From NCBI GenBank assembly GCA_902787555.1, contig CADAGO010000018.1, positions 9,444 through 73,443 on the forward strand: a stretch of DNA of 64,000 bases, in the 5' to 3' direction. The DNA is from an uncultured Bacteroidales bacterium. Its GTDB lineage: Bacteria; Bacteroidota; Bacteroidia; Bacteroidales; Bacteroidaceae. Under the pieces are notes generated by a model that had not been told where the DNA came from, did no database searches, and worked only from the letters and a program-made list of their open reading frames with translations. How positions within the stretch are numbered: the stretch's first letter is position 1; each line of letters begins with the position of its first letter. This document shows, piece after piece, positions 55,824 through 64,000 of the stretch. The position numbers were made by a program, and so were the translations under genes.

Positions 55824-56414
55824 TCATTTGTCCAAGAAGTTCCTGATTATTCGCTCTCCAACACTTCCACTCTTTTCTGGATGGAACTGCACAGCATAGA
55901 AGTTGTCCTTATGTAGTGCTGCGCTGTAAGGCTGAACATAGTCAGTCGTAGCAATCGTATTGTTGCAGGTAGGCACATAGAAACTATGTACATAATACAC
56001 AAACTCAGGCTTGTCAAATCCCTTGAACAACTCGCTCTTCGTGTCTGTGATGGTGTTCCATCCCATCTGCGGCACCTTGTCTTCCCTGTTCGTAGGTTGG
56101 AACCGTTTTACATCCACATCGAAGATGTTCAAACAGTCAGTGTCTGCTTCCTCACTATGTCGGCACATCAGCTGCATACCGATGCAGATGCCGAGTACTG
56201 GTTGGCGCAGGTCCTTGATGAGCGTGTCCAAATGATGTTCCCTCAAATAGGTCATTGTTGTGTTGGCCTGTCCTTGTCCTGGGAATATTACTCTGTCGGC
56301 ACGTTTCAGCACCTCGAAGTCATCAGTCAAGATGGGTGTAACCCCACATCGCTCCAGTGCATTCATCACCGAGCAAATGTTACCTGCGTTGTATTTTACG
56401 ATAGCTACCTCCAT
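55824..56414 (-). CDS. hisH: Imidazole glycerol phosphate synthase glutamine amidotransferase subunit
   Basis: The ORF track starts at a TTG at 56426; the ATG at 56414 gives MEVAIVKYNAGN. Motifs: GICIGMQLM (nucleophile Cys) and FHPEKS. A TAACTTTG box lies at 56424-56431 on the minus strand, which would leave a very short leader. Confidence 0.88.
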   Translation of the reverse strand: MEVAIVKYNAGNICSVMNALERCGVTPILTDDFEVLKRADRVIFPGQGQANTTMTYLREHHLDTLIKDLRQPVLGICIGMQLMCRHSEEADTDCLNIFDVDVKRFQPTNREDKVPQMGWNTITDTKSELFKGFDKPEFVYYVHSFYVPTCNNTIATTDYVQPYSAALHKDNFYAVQFHPEKSGSVGERIIRNFLDK

Positions 56415-56546
56415 AATAGACTGCAAAGTTACAAAAAAATAATCACTTACCGTTTACCTATTCTGTTTTTTTGCAAAAAAACGTACAAAAGGAAGAAAAA
56501 CGTTGTCAATTTAGAATTTGGAGAAAGGTGAAATACCGCATGAGTG

Positions 56547-56579
56547 CCGAGCACCTACCGAGCACCTACCGAGCACCTA
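56547..56579. repeat. Perfect 11-bp tandem repeat x3 (ccgagcaccta)
   Basis: Copies lie at 56547-56557, 56558-56568 and 56569-56579, and a partial taccgagc lies 11 nt further on. The array sits in the 221-bp gap between the DUF3078-like stop and the hisH start. Confidence 0.9.
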
Positions 56580-56647
56580 ACGAAAGGTTACCGAGCGTTT
56601 CAAAATAAGCGTTATGCCTTCGGGATGGTATCCATGCAGGCTGAGTA

Positions 56648-57919
56648 TTAGAAATTATACTTCAACCCGAGAGTGAAGTACTCCTTGAATTGGAAATAAC
56701 CGAGGTTATCATCGTAGTACTTCATCGGACGGTTGTCGTCGAAACGCCAAAGAGTATATACATCAGTAGTGATGTACTTAGAGAACTCGTATGTGAAGAC
56801 GTTTTCCATTTCAGCTTCTACGTATTCGAAAGAAGAGAAACAGTAGCTACGACATTTCCACGAGAAGTTCTTTACGATTGTAAACTTGCAGTTGAACTCA
56901 ATTCGAGAACCATAGTCTTGCTTCACCCGTCTGTTTTCAAACTTATTGACTTTGTGGATGTTGGTATCATGCGAATTGATGAAACGCATTTTGTAGGATA
57001 AAGGAAGAAGGGCCAAAGATAATGTGTTGCCGTTATTGAGTTTGGGCTTGAAGTCCATACCAGTTGAAACGGATACATCTAATGGCGACAAGAAGTCGGA
57101 GAATTTCAGGCGGTTGTTGCTTCGGTAGCCTGGCATCATCTGTGTCTTGGCTTCGGCAGATATAGTATAGTTCCAGTTCTTGGTGGCTTTTAATCCTAGC
57201 TTTGAGTTCAATTGGAGTTTGTCGTTGTTCGTGAGAAACGTGTGACAGGTATCGGAGTGGGTGGTGGTGAAACCGAGGCGTACATCGAGGCGGTTTTCCC
57301 ACGTAATCTTCTTGGTGTCGTTGTAGATAGCTGAGAGGTTGAGGGTTGCCAACATGGTTCCGCTGTTGTTTCCTCCCTGATACCAGTTCTCGGAGAAGTA
57401 GTTCTGCTGGAACTTCAGCGAGAAGTTGCCTGATGTCTTCCAGAAGTTGGGACGTACTACCTTCAACCCGATATCGAGATCATCTTCGCCCACTTTGTCT
57501 TTGGAACTAGACGTAATGGCAGTTTGCAGTTCTTTCTTCATGTCTTCTGACGACTGCCCTGCAGGTGTCTTTCCTGACTCCAGAAGGGTTTCGTTCTTGA
57601 ATTGAGCATCGTAGTGCTGTACGATTGATGGCTGGTTTGCATATATGCGCAACAACTGCAAGTTCATCGGTGTCAGAGCGGTAGAGTCGAGAGCCAAAGC
57701 ATTATGAGTCACTGTGGAGTAATACGTCTGCGGGAAAAACATCTGATAATAGAACGGACTGATGGACACTTCTTCGACAAGTTTGAATTCTTGTCTGCTG
57801 TGTGCCACCATTAAGGAGTCGATGTATCGGTCGAAAACACTTCGTTCGCGCGTATGATCTTGTGCCTGCAATGTTAGTGCAAGCAAACAAAAGATACTGA
57901 GCTGGATTAATTTCTTCAT
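56648..57919 (-). CDS. Outer-membrane beta-barrel protein, DUF3078-like
   Basis: 423-aa ORF with a signal peptide. FSENWYQGGNNSGTMLATLNLSAIY is the motif I associate with DUF3078. The C-terminus is ...GLKYNF. Confidence 0.6.
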   Translation of the reverse strand: MKKLIQLSIFCLLALTLQAQDHTRERSVFDRYIDSLMVAHSRQEFKLVEEVSISPFYYQMFFPQTYYSTVTHNALALDSTALTPMNLQLLRIYANQPSIVQHYDAQFKNETLLESGKTPAGQSSEDMKKELQTAITSSSKDKVGEDDLDIGLKVVRPNFWKTSGNFSLKFQQNYFSENWYQGGNNSGTMLATLNLSAIYNDTKKITWENRLDVRLGFTTTHSDTCHTFLTNNDKLQLNSKLGLKATKNWNYTISAEAKTQMMPGYRSNNRLKFSDFLSPLDVSVSTGMDFKPKLNNGNTLSLALLPLSYKMRFINSHDTNIHKVNKFENRRVKQDYGSRIEFNCKFTIVKNFSWKCRSYCFSSFEYVEAEMENVFTYEFSKYITTDVYTLWRFDDNRPMKYYDDNLGYFQFKEYFTLGLKYNF

Positions 57920-57934
57920 ATTTCTGTTTAGTTT

Positions 57935-58894
57935 TTAGACGTTATACTTTTTTCGTTCCCTATAGAGCTGCCACGAATTAACGATATTATGCCATACGAG
58001 ATAGAAGCCTCCTGCCAAAGCTGTGACAGGATTCATGAAGGTGTAGGCCATCCAGATGGCAAAAACGGTATTCTTCTGCCCCAAACTCTGCGCACCAGCA
58101 ACAGGTTCGCCATGATGGCGGCCCACCACTCTGCCCAAATAGAATTGCAGGGCACATGCTACAAGTGATACAAGCGCTATTCCCACATAGTTCAGAAATG
58201 TCTCGTGACTGTGCATGAATGCCTTTGTAGCAACTGCGATAGAGATAGCAAGCGACACTGTCCATAAATAGAACGAGACATAGCTGATGCTTGCCAGATA
58301 GCGATGGAAGTTTGGAAAAATATAGCGGACTGCGAATGCAAGAAATAACGGCAAGATGAGCAGCGGGAACACGCGGCAGATGATGATAGTGAATGAAGTG
58401 ATAAAGTCGAGGTTGTTTGCTCCGCTATGCAATAACGATACGACTGCAGGAATGAGTAGGGCAGCCACAAGGTTGATGATACATGTGTAGCTCACCACGC
58501 AACTGGTGTTTCCATGAAGTTTTGTTGTCACTACTGAAGCTGCTGTGGCTGTAGGACATATCATACAAATCATTGCGCTTTCGATGACCACTCGACCAGG
58601 AATGTCAGGCATATAGATGACGGAAAGAGCCAACAAGATAAACGTAATGGTCTGGATGCCGATAAGTTTCAACTGCCAACCGTATGGACGCAACGATCGA
58701 GGCTCAACCTTGCAAAAAGCAAAGAACAGCATCATGAAGATCAGCATTGGTTGAACGATGCTAATGACGTCGCTCATCATTTGGTGTGTACCGTCGAGTG
58801 CATGAATGTTAACATACACGAAATACGATACGACTCCTAACACCATAGAGATGGGAAGCGCCCAGTTCTTGACGAATCGGATGATGCTGTTCAT
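57935..58894 (-). CDS. Integral membrane transporter (bile acid:sodium symporter / SBF-like fold suspected)
   Basis: 319-aa ORF with about 9-10 predicted TM helices. The family assignment is by general resemblance only. Confidence 0.5.
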   Translation of the reverse strand: MNSIIRFVKNWALPISMVLGVVSYFVYVNIHALDGTHQMMSDVISIVQPMLIFMMLFFAFCKVEPRSLRPYGWQLKLIGIQTITFILLALSVIYMPDIPGRVVIESAMICMICPTATAASVVTTKLHGNTSCVVSYTCIINLVAALLIPAVVSLLHSGANNLDFITSFTIIICRVFPLLILPLFLAFAVRYIFPNFHRYLASISYVSFYLWTVSLAISIAVATKAFMHSHETFLNYVGIALVSLVACALQFYLGRVVGRHHGEPVAGAQSLGQKNTVFAIWMAYTFMNPVTALAGGFYLVWHNIVNSWQLYRERKKYNV

Positions 58895-58897
58895 TGT

Positions 58898-60913
58898 TTA
58901 TTCTTTTTCCTTATTCTTCTTTATCTCTTCTAATTTCAACATCTCATCGCGATATTGTGCCGCAAGGACGAAGTCGAGCCGTTTTGCAGCCTGTTGCATC
59001 AGTGTACGTGTATGCTCGATTGACTTGTCGAGCGCTGCAGCATCCATCCGCATGACGATGGGGTCTTCTGCTGCTTTGCGGAACTCCTCTTCGATATATG
59101 CCTTACCCACATAATCCACATGTTTGCCTTCCTCTATGGCAACTTGTGCCTTGCGAATCTGAGTTGGCGTGATATGATGTTCAGCGTTGTAAGCCATCTG
59201 CTTTTGGCGCCTGCGATTGGTTTCCTCTATTGTCTTGTGGATACTGTCAGTTTCCTTGTCGCAGTAGAGAATAGCTTTCCCGTTTACATTTCGTGCAGCA
59301 CGACCGATGGTCTGTGTCAGCGAACGGTAGCTACGCAGGAATCCCTCCTTATCAGCATCGAGAATAGCCACTAATGATACTTCGGGCAGATCGAGTCCCT
59401 CACGCAACAGGTTGACTCCTACAAGGACATCTATCTCGCCGTTACGTAATTGATTGAGAATGTTAACTCGTTCAAAAGTATCGACATCGCTATGGATGTA
59501 CGAACAGCGTATACCATTATTAATAAGGTATTCAGACAACTCCTCAGCCATACGTTTCGAAATGGTGGTCACAAGCACACGTTCCTCACGCTCGATTCGT
59601 ACTTGGATTTCTTCCATCAAATCGTCAATCTGATTGGCGGTGGGACGCATCTCTATTTCTGGTTCCAATAGACCGGTAGGGCGAATGACTTGTTCTACCA
59701 CCACGCCCTCAGATTTTGCCAATTCATAATCGGCAGGAGTGGCTGACATATAGATGGTCTGATGGGTCATCGATTCAAACTCATCGAATGTTAGCGGACG
59801 GTTGTCAAGAGCGGCAGGCAGACGGTAGCCGTACTCCACAAGCGTAGTCTTACGATGGCGGTCTCCACCATACATAGCTCTAATCTGCGGAACAGATTCG
59901 TGGCTTTCATCGACCACCAAGAGGAAATCCTCAGGGAAGAAGTCAAGTAAGCAGTAGGGGCGTTCACCAGGTTTCCTGCCGTCAAAATATCGAGAATAGT
60001 TCTCAATGCCCGAACAATGTCCTAACTCTCGAATCATTTCCAAGTCATTAGTCACACGGGTTTCGATGAGATTCTTCTTCACAGTATCTCCCAGCTCTTC
60101 ATAGAATTGGATGCGTTCGTGCAGGTCGTCCTCAATCTGATGGATGGCACTTAGCGTGCGCTCCTTGGTCGTAGTGAAAAGGTTGGCTGGATAGATGCGG
60201 TATTCGTCGTAGCGAGCCAATACGTACCCGTGATCGGGATCTGTCTCCTCGATACTTTCTATCTCATCCCACGCAAAGCGGATGCGTACGTTCTTATCAT
60301 CGTATGCCAAAGCAATATTTACCGTCTCGCCCTTCACGTTAAAATGTCCGCGTGTCAGTTCGATATCATCGCGGGTGTACATACTGTCTACCAGGCGACG
60401 GAGCAGGGAATTGATATCGATAGCTTGTCCTACCTTTACATTAATAGTATTGGCGGCAAAGTCGACAGGTGACCCCATACCGTAAATACACGACACGGAG
60501 CTGACTACGATGACATCTTTGCGACCGGAGAGCAGAGAACGAGTGGCTGCAATACGTAGTTGGTCAACCTCGTCGTTGATAGCAAGGTCTTTCTCAATAT
60601 ACGTATCTGTGGCAGGCAGATAGGCTTCTGGCTGATAGTAGTCGTAATAGCTGACGTAGTATTCTACTGCATTGTTTGGGAAGAATCCCTTCATCTCAGA
60701 ATAGAGCTGATGGGCTAATGTCTTGTTATGGCTGAGAATGAGGGTGGGGCGGTTGATGTTTGCGATGACATTTGCAATTGTAAACGTCTTTCCTGAACCG
60801 GTCACACCCAACAACACTTGGGCAGGCAGTCCTTGCTGCACACCCTCAGTCAGTTGCTTGATAGCTTCGGGCTGATCGCCCGTGGGCTGATATTCCGATG
60901 TCAGTTGAAACAT
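58898..60913 (-). CDS. uvrB: Excinuclease ABC subunit B
   Basis: 671-aa ORF. It has Walker A GVTGSGKTFT, DESH, helicase motifs and a C-terminal UVR domain (AAQYRDEMLKLEE). Confidence 0.95.
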   Translation of the reverse strand: MFQLTSEYQPTGDQPEAIKQLTEGVQQGLPAQVLLGVTGSGKTFTIANVIANINRPTLILSHNKTLAHQLYSEMKGFFPNNAVEYYVSYYDYYQPEAYLPATDTYIEKDLAINDEVDQLRIAATRSLLSGRKDVIVVSSVSCIYGMGSPVDFAANTINVKVGQAIDINSLLRRLVDSMYTRDDIELTRGHFNVKGETVNIALAYDDKNVRIRFAWDEIESIEETDPDHGYVLARYDEYRIYPANLFTTTKERTLSAIHQIEDDLHERIQFYEELGDTVKKNLIETRVTNDLEMIRELGHCSGIENYSRYFDGRKPGERPYCLLDFFPEDFLLVVDESHESVPQIRAMYGGDRHRKTTLVEYGYRLPAALDNRPLTFDEFESMTHQTIYMSATPADYELAKSEGVVVEQVIRPTGLLEPEIEMRPTANQIDDLMEEIQVRIEREERVLVTTISKRMAEELSEYLINNGIRCSYIHSDVDTFERVNILNQLRNGEIDVLVGVNLLREGLDLPEVSLVAILDADKEGFLRSYRSLTQTIGRAARNVNGKAILYCDKETDSIHKTIEETNRRRQKQMAYNAEHHITPTQIRKAQVAIEEGKHVDYVGKAYIEEEFRKAAEDPIVMRMDAAALDKSIEHTRTLMQQAAKRLDFVLAAQYRDEMLKLEEIKKNKEKE

Positions 60914-60916
60914 GGG

Positions 60917-61984
60917 TTAGTCTTTGTAATAATCCAAATTCTCAGGCATGATGAGGTCGATACCTACATAGTGCAGGAGGTTTTGTTTCATGCGCAACAC
61001 TTTATAATTGAAGATGCTGCGGAAGCAGTTACGGCCTTGATGTTGCGGATGCTGACCCACAAGAAAGTCTACATATCCATCACGCATACATTTGATATTG
61101 GAATCGATGGCATCATAACCCAAAAGGGTGATATGCGGATGTTTGGGCATTTCTTCTTTGAGGAAGTTTCCGATGACATGAATGGAGGAGTTGAATGAAA
61201 GGCCGTACTTGATGTCTTTGTTATCGGTGAAGAACTGTCGAAGCGAGTCTTTCATACCCTCTTTGTCGTATACATAGAGGTTGAGGTCTACGATTTCGGT
61301 TTTAGGACTATGTGCAGCTACATAGTCACGAAACCCCTTCTCGCGTTCAAGCTGCTGACGACTGGCTACGCGTCCTTCACCAAGCATTTTGAACAGGGCT
61401 ATCTTCTTGGCTCCACTTGCTGCCATGAGGATGATGCGCGCAGAGAACTCGCCGCTACGGCGTGCATCTTGTCCGTAGAAAGTGACAGGATTGAGGTCCG
61501 GCCAGTAGGAGTCGAGAAGGGAATAAGGGATATCTTTTTTCTCAAGCTTCTGGGTAAACTTAATCATCGCATTGTGGTTGAAAATAGGACCTATAACCAC
61601 AGCGCAGGGATTATATGCTAATAGCTGACGACACTGAACATCGAACGAATCGTCATTGAAGGGGTCGTAGCTGAATATTTTCATCGACATCTTGAAATCA
61701 TTATAGCGTGAGGCGCTCTCACGCAGTCCCAACTCGACACGTGCCCAGTAGCTGTCTTGTTCGTGCATAGGCAAAATGGCTGCGAAGTTATAGACCTTGT
61801 TGCTTGCCAATGCGCTTGCATAATGGTTGGGGATATAGTTGATTTCCTCCAACACCTTCTCTACCTTTTCAAGAGCAAGTTTAGACACGTTCTGTCGCCC
61901 ATGCAACACACGGTCAACGGTTCCTACACTCACGCCTGCCATTTCGGCAATGTCTTTGATTCGTATCTTTGGCTGTATATCCAT
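60917..61984 (-). CDS. LacI-family transcriptional regulator
   Basis: 355-aa ORF with an N-terminal HTH (IKDIAEMAGVSVGTVDRVLHGRQNVS) and a periplasmic-binding-protein-like effector domain. Confidence 0.85.
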   Translation of the reverse strand: MDIQPKIRIKDIAEMAGVSVGTVDRVLHGRQNVSKLALEKVEKVLEEINYIPNHYASALASNKVYNFAAILPMHEQDSYWARVELGLRESASRYNDFKMSMKIFSYDPFNDDSFDVQCRQLLAYNPCAVVIGPIFNHNAMIKFTQKLEKKDIPYSLLDSYWPDLNPVTFYGQDARRSGEFSARIILMAASGAKKIALFKMLGEGRVASRQQLEREKGFRDYVAAHSPKTEIVDLNLYVYDKEGMKDSLRQFFTDNKDIKYGLSFNSSIHVIGNFLKEEMPKHPHITLLGYDAIDSNIKCMRDGYVDFLVGQHPQHQGRNCFRSIFNYKVLRMKQNLLHYVGIDLIMPENLDYYKD

Positions 61985-62010
61985 GATTTCTATACGTTAA
62001 AACAATTCTA

Positions 62011-63996
62011 TTAAATGGGTAATGTCATCACAAACTTTGCACCAGATGAATACGTTGTGTCAAGTACCACATCACCACCCAATCGTCGTACTATACTGCG
62101 AGCGATTGTTAGTCCAATCCCTGTTCCGTCATAGTAGTCATCAAGTTGTACGAACTCTTCAAAGATGTGTTCGGCTTCTTCGACTGGGACACCGATACCA
62201 GTATCGCATACAACAAAATCTACCTTGTCGTCACCATTAGGCAGCACTTGTAACGATGCGTTCTCCATCTTGTCGATACCTCCAGCCACTTTCACTGCCG
62301 CTTCTGCAGGATGGGTGAACTTCATGGCATTGTCGAGCAATAATGAGAGTGCGCGTGCTGCTTGTTCTATGTTCGACATAAAGGTATACTCTACAAGGAT
62401 GGGAGCAATATGGTATTGGAATTGCAGGTGCGTAGCTTGATCTATTCCTGACTTTTGTATTGCCGCTTTGGCAATATCTTGAGCTGTTACATGATCAGTC
62501 TTGGCAATGTTCGTTTCGCTACCAACATCTGACAGTTCGAGCATCTTGTTCACCAGCCCCGTAATACGTTCAGTATTCTCCATGATGCCATTATTTATTT
62601 CAACTTTTTCCTCTTCGCCCAGTTCCATACCAGGCATGGTGATAACCTGTGCAAATCCGCTGAGTATGTTGAGTGGTGTACGTACTTCGTGCGATATCTG
62701 CATGATAAAGTTGGTCTTCATTTTCGAAGCTTCTTCTGCTTTCTCCCTAGCGATTGTGAGAGCCTTGTTCTTGTCTTCGAGTTGCAAATTGGCGTTTTCC
62801 AGTTTTTTGTTTGCAGATTCCAATTGTTGCTCATGCTGACGATGTTTGATTGCATAAATAGTAAAAAACAATACCAAGAGCGAAATGACTACTCCCAGCG
62901 TGATGAGCCGCTGATTAGACAAATCGGCCTCACTTTCTGCTATTTGAGCTTTCTGACGGGCAATCTCTGTTTCTTTTTGCTCTGTACCATAAATGGTTGC
63001 TAGTTCGGCTGCTTCATCAGTTTTATTCATATAGATGGCGCTGTCGATCACAGTACAAAGATTTTCAGCAACATTTACAACACTGTCCCTACGTCCAGCT
63101 TCGATATTGGCTTTTAATTTGGGGATAATATAGTCTTGAATATTGTCTAGATTAAGCATAACACCTTGTTCACCTAATACTTCGTCTAGTTTAGCATAAT
63201 TGTTTGCTGCAGCCACATATTGTTTGGTACGCATCAGGTATTCGTTTGCGGCTATCTTTCCTTTTGCAGTTTTGCCGAAATCAGTCTTCAGGAAGTTTTG
63301 ATATGCTTCTGCTGCTGCTTTTGGCTGGTTTTGATCACTAAAGAGCGTAGCTTTGGAAAGTAGGAGGTCTGCCTGAAACCTATCGTAGTATTTAGGGTCA
63401 TGATTCTCTTTATTCACATAACCTTCGATAAAATGTTCTAGACGACTGACCCATGGTGTAGCATCCTCTACAAGTCCTTGATTAAGAAATATGCGAACTA
63501 TGTCTTCCATACCATTGACGGCATCAAATAGTGCACGTCCTGTGGAGTCTGCTTCAGTAATTTGCTTATAAAGGTTATATACTTTTTCGAAATTATCCTT
63601 TGCATCCATAATTTCATTGGTGTTCAGTTCACAAGTAGCAATAGTCGTCAGTAAGATCGCCATGTCTTTCGAGTGATCATCTTTCATGTTTTTGACGATA
63701 TCCAACGTGTTGGTAGCCAATTTTATGGCTTCGCTATATTCTTTGCGGCGAACCAGCAATTCGGACAGACGTCGTGCTGACTTAATGTAGCTCATGCTGT
63801 CCTCGATGCTCACGATCTTTGCATTTACCGCTTTCTGATAATAAAATTCCGACATGCGGTTCTGACCCAAGTAGTTGTAGGCTACACCACGCCAACGGTT
63901 TGCATTCAGTTCGCTGAATACGCCAACGGTTTCAAGACTGTCAGCCAATTGCAACATACGTTCATAGTTGCTTGCAAAGCCTGCTGCGAATACCAT
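62011..63996 (-). CDS. TPR-repeat sensor histidine kinase (frame still open at the right window edge, so the N-terminus may be missing)
   Basis: It has TPR-like helical repeats, one TM helix (LITLGVVISLLVLFFTIYAI), a coiled coil, the HisKA H-box (ISHEVRTPLN) and HATPase blocks (DNAMKF, DTGIGV, GTGIGLTIA). Confidence 0.85.
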   Translation of the reverse strand: MVFAAGFASNYERMLQLADSLETVGVFSELNANRWRGVAYNYLGQNRMSEFYYQKAVNAKIVSIEDSMSYIKSARRLSELLVRRKEYSEAIKLATNTLDIVKNMKDDHSKDMAILLTTIATCELNTNEIMDAKDNFEKVYNLYKQITEADSTGRALFDAVNGMEDIVRIFLNQGLVEDATPWVSRLEHFIEGYVNKENHDPKYYDRFQADLLLSKATLFSDQNQPKAAAEAYQNFLKTDFGKTAKGKIAANEYLMRTKQYVAAANNYAKLDEVLGEQGVMLNLDNIQDYIIPKLKANIEAGRRDSVVNVAENLCTVIDSAIYMNKTDEAAELATIYGTEQKETEIARQKAQIAESEADLSNQRLITLGVVISLLVLFFTIYAIKHRQHEQQLESANKKLENANLQLEDKNKALTIAREKAEEASKMKTNFIMQISHEVRTPLNILSGFAQVITMPGMELGEEEKVEINNGIMENTERITGLVNKMLELSDVGSETNIAKTDHVTAQDIAKAAIQKSGIDQATHLQFQYHIAPILVEYTFMSNIEQAARALSLLLDNAMKFTHPAEAAVKVAGGIDKMENASLQVLPNGDDKVDFVVCDTGIGVPVEEAEHIFEEFVQLDDYYDGTGIGLTIARSIVRRLGGDVVLDTTYSSGAKFVMTLPI

Positions 63997-64000
63997 ACTA

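Noticed and set aside
55059-55916. 285-aa plus-strand ORF overlapping hisF, hisA and hisH
   Set aside because: It is antisense to three canonical his genes whose products carry textbook motifs. It is an open antisense frame by chance.

Overview
64-kb chromosomal segment of a Bacteroidota genome, probably a Prevotella/Segatella-like Bacteroidales member. This is inferred from TAnnTTTG -7 promoter boxes 25-65 nt upstream of many starts, three proteins ending in T9SS-type C-terminal sorting domains, lipoprotein/TonB-receptor loci and a Bacteroides-style araB-araA-araD/SGLT/galM/galK arrangement. I call 48 CDS: one small ORF is low confidence, one is cut by the left edge, and one is possibly still open at the right edge. 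I see no rRNA, tRNA, CRISPR array, transposase, integrase or phage gene. Several ORF-track starts are TTG/GTG artefacts and were trimmed to downstream ATGs. Layout: 1-6017 is a surface-lipoprotein/TonB-receptor trio. 6300-10196 holds a GH3 glycosidase and a T9SS esterase. 10322-12211 holds an acyl-ACP thioesterase and aroB. 12212-15300 is an AT-rich islet with a T9SS mini-protein and a 735-aa secreted protein. 16548-21726 is an uncharacterised five-gene envelope operon. 21799-25740 holds a DUF362-like lipoprotein, a sugar acetyltransferase, a GH5-T9SS enzyme and an HD protein. 25741-33972 holds two large MG2-like paralogs flanking a DAACS symporter, set in unusually repeat-rich DNA. 34031-35167 is a lone DegT-type aminotransferase. 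35398-64000 is 24 co-oriented minus-strand genes: tkt, araBAD, SGLT, galM, galK, galM, folC, dnaJ, grpE, lysA, lysC, ftsE, hisIE/F/A/H, DUF3078-like, transporter, uvrB, LacI-type regulator and a TPR histidine kinase. The points most worth a second look are four. (1) The translationally coupled, wholly extracytoplasmic operon at 16548-21726: LPP20-like, FecR-like plus transglutaminase-like, a Cys-to-Ser paralog, an output-less CHASE2 protein and a small secreted protein. (2) The repeat-dense 640-bp region at 25741-26381, which has 22-bp phased palindromes and direct repeats, an orphan promoter with a hairpin-rich candidate sRNA, and phased T-tracts. (3) A 33-nt C4/G6 element present in the same frame inside aroB and inside an unrelated 1005-aa gene (28/33 nt identical), with a third, looser copy in intergenic DNA. 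(4) The AT-rich islet encoding a possible legumain-like His/Cys protein. All family assignments are by eye from motifs and need HMM or structure confirmation.
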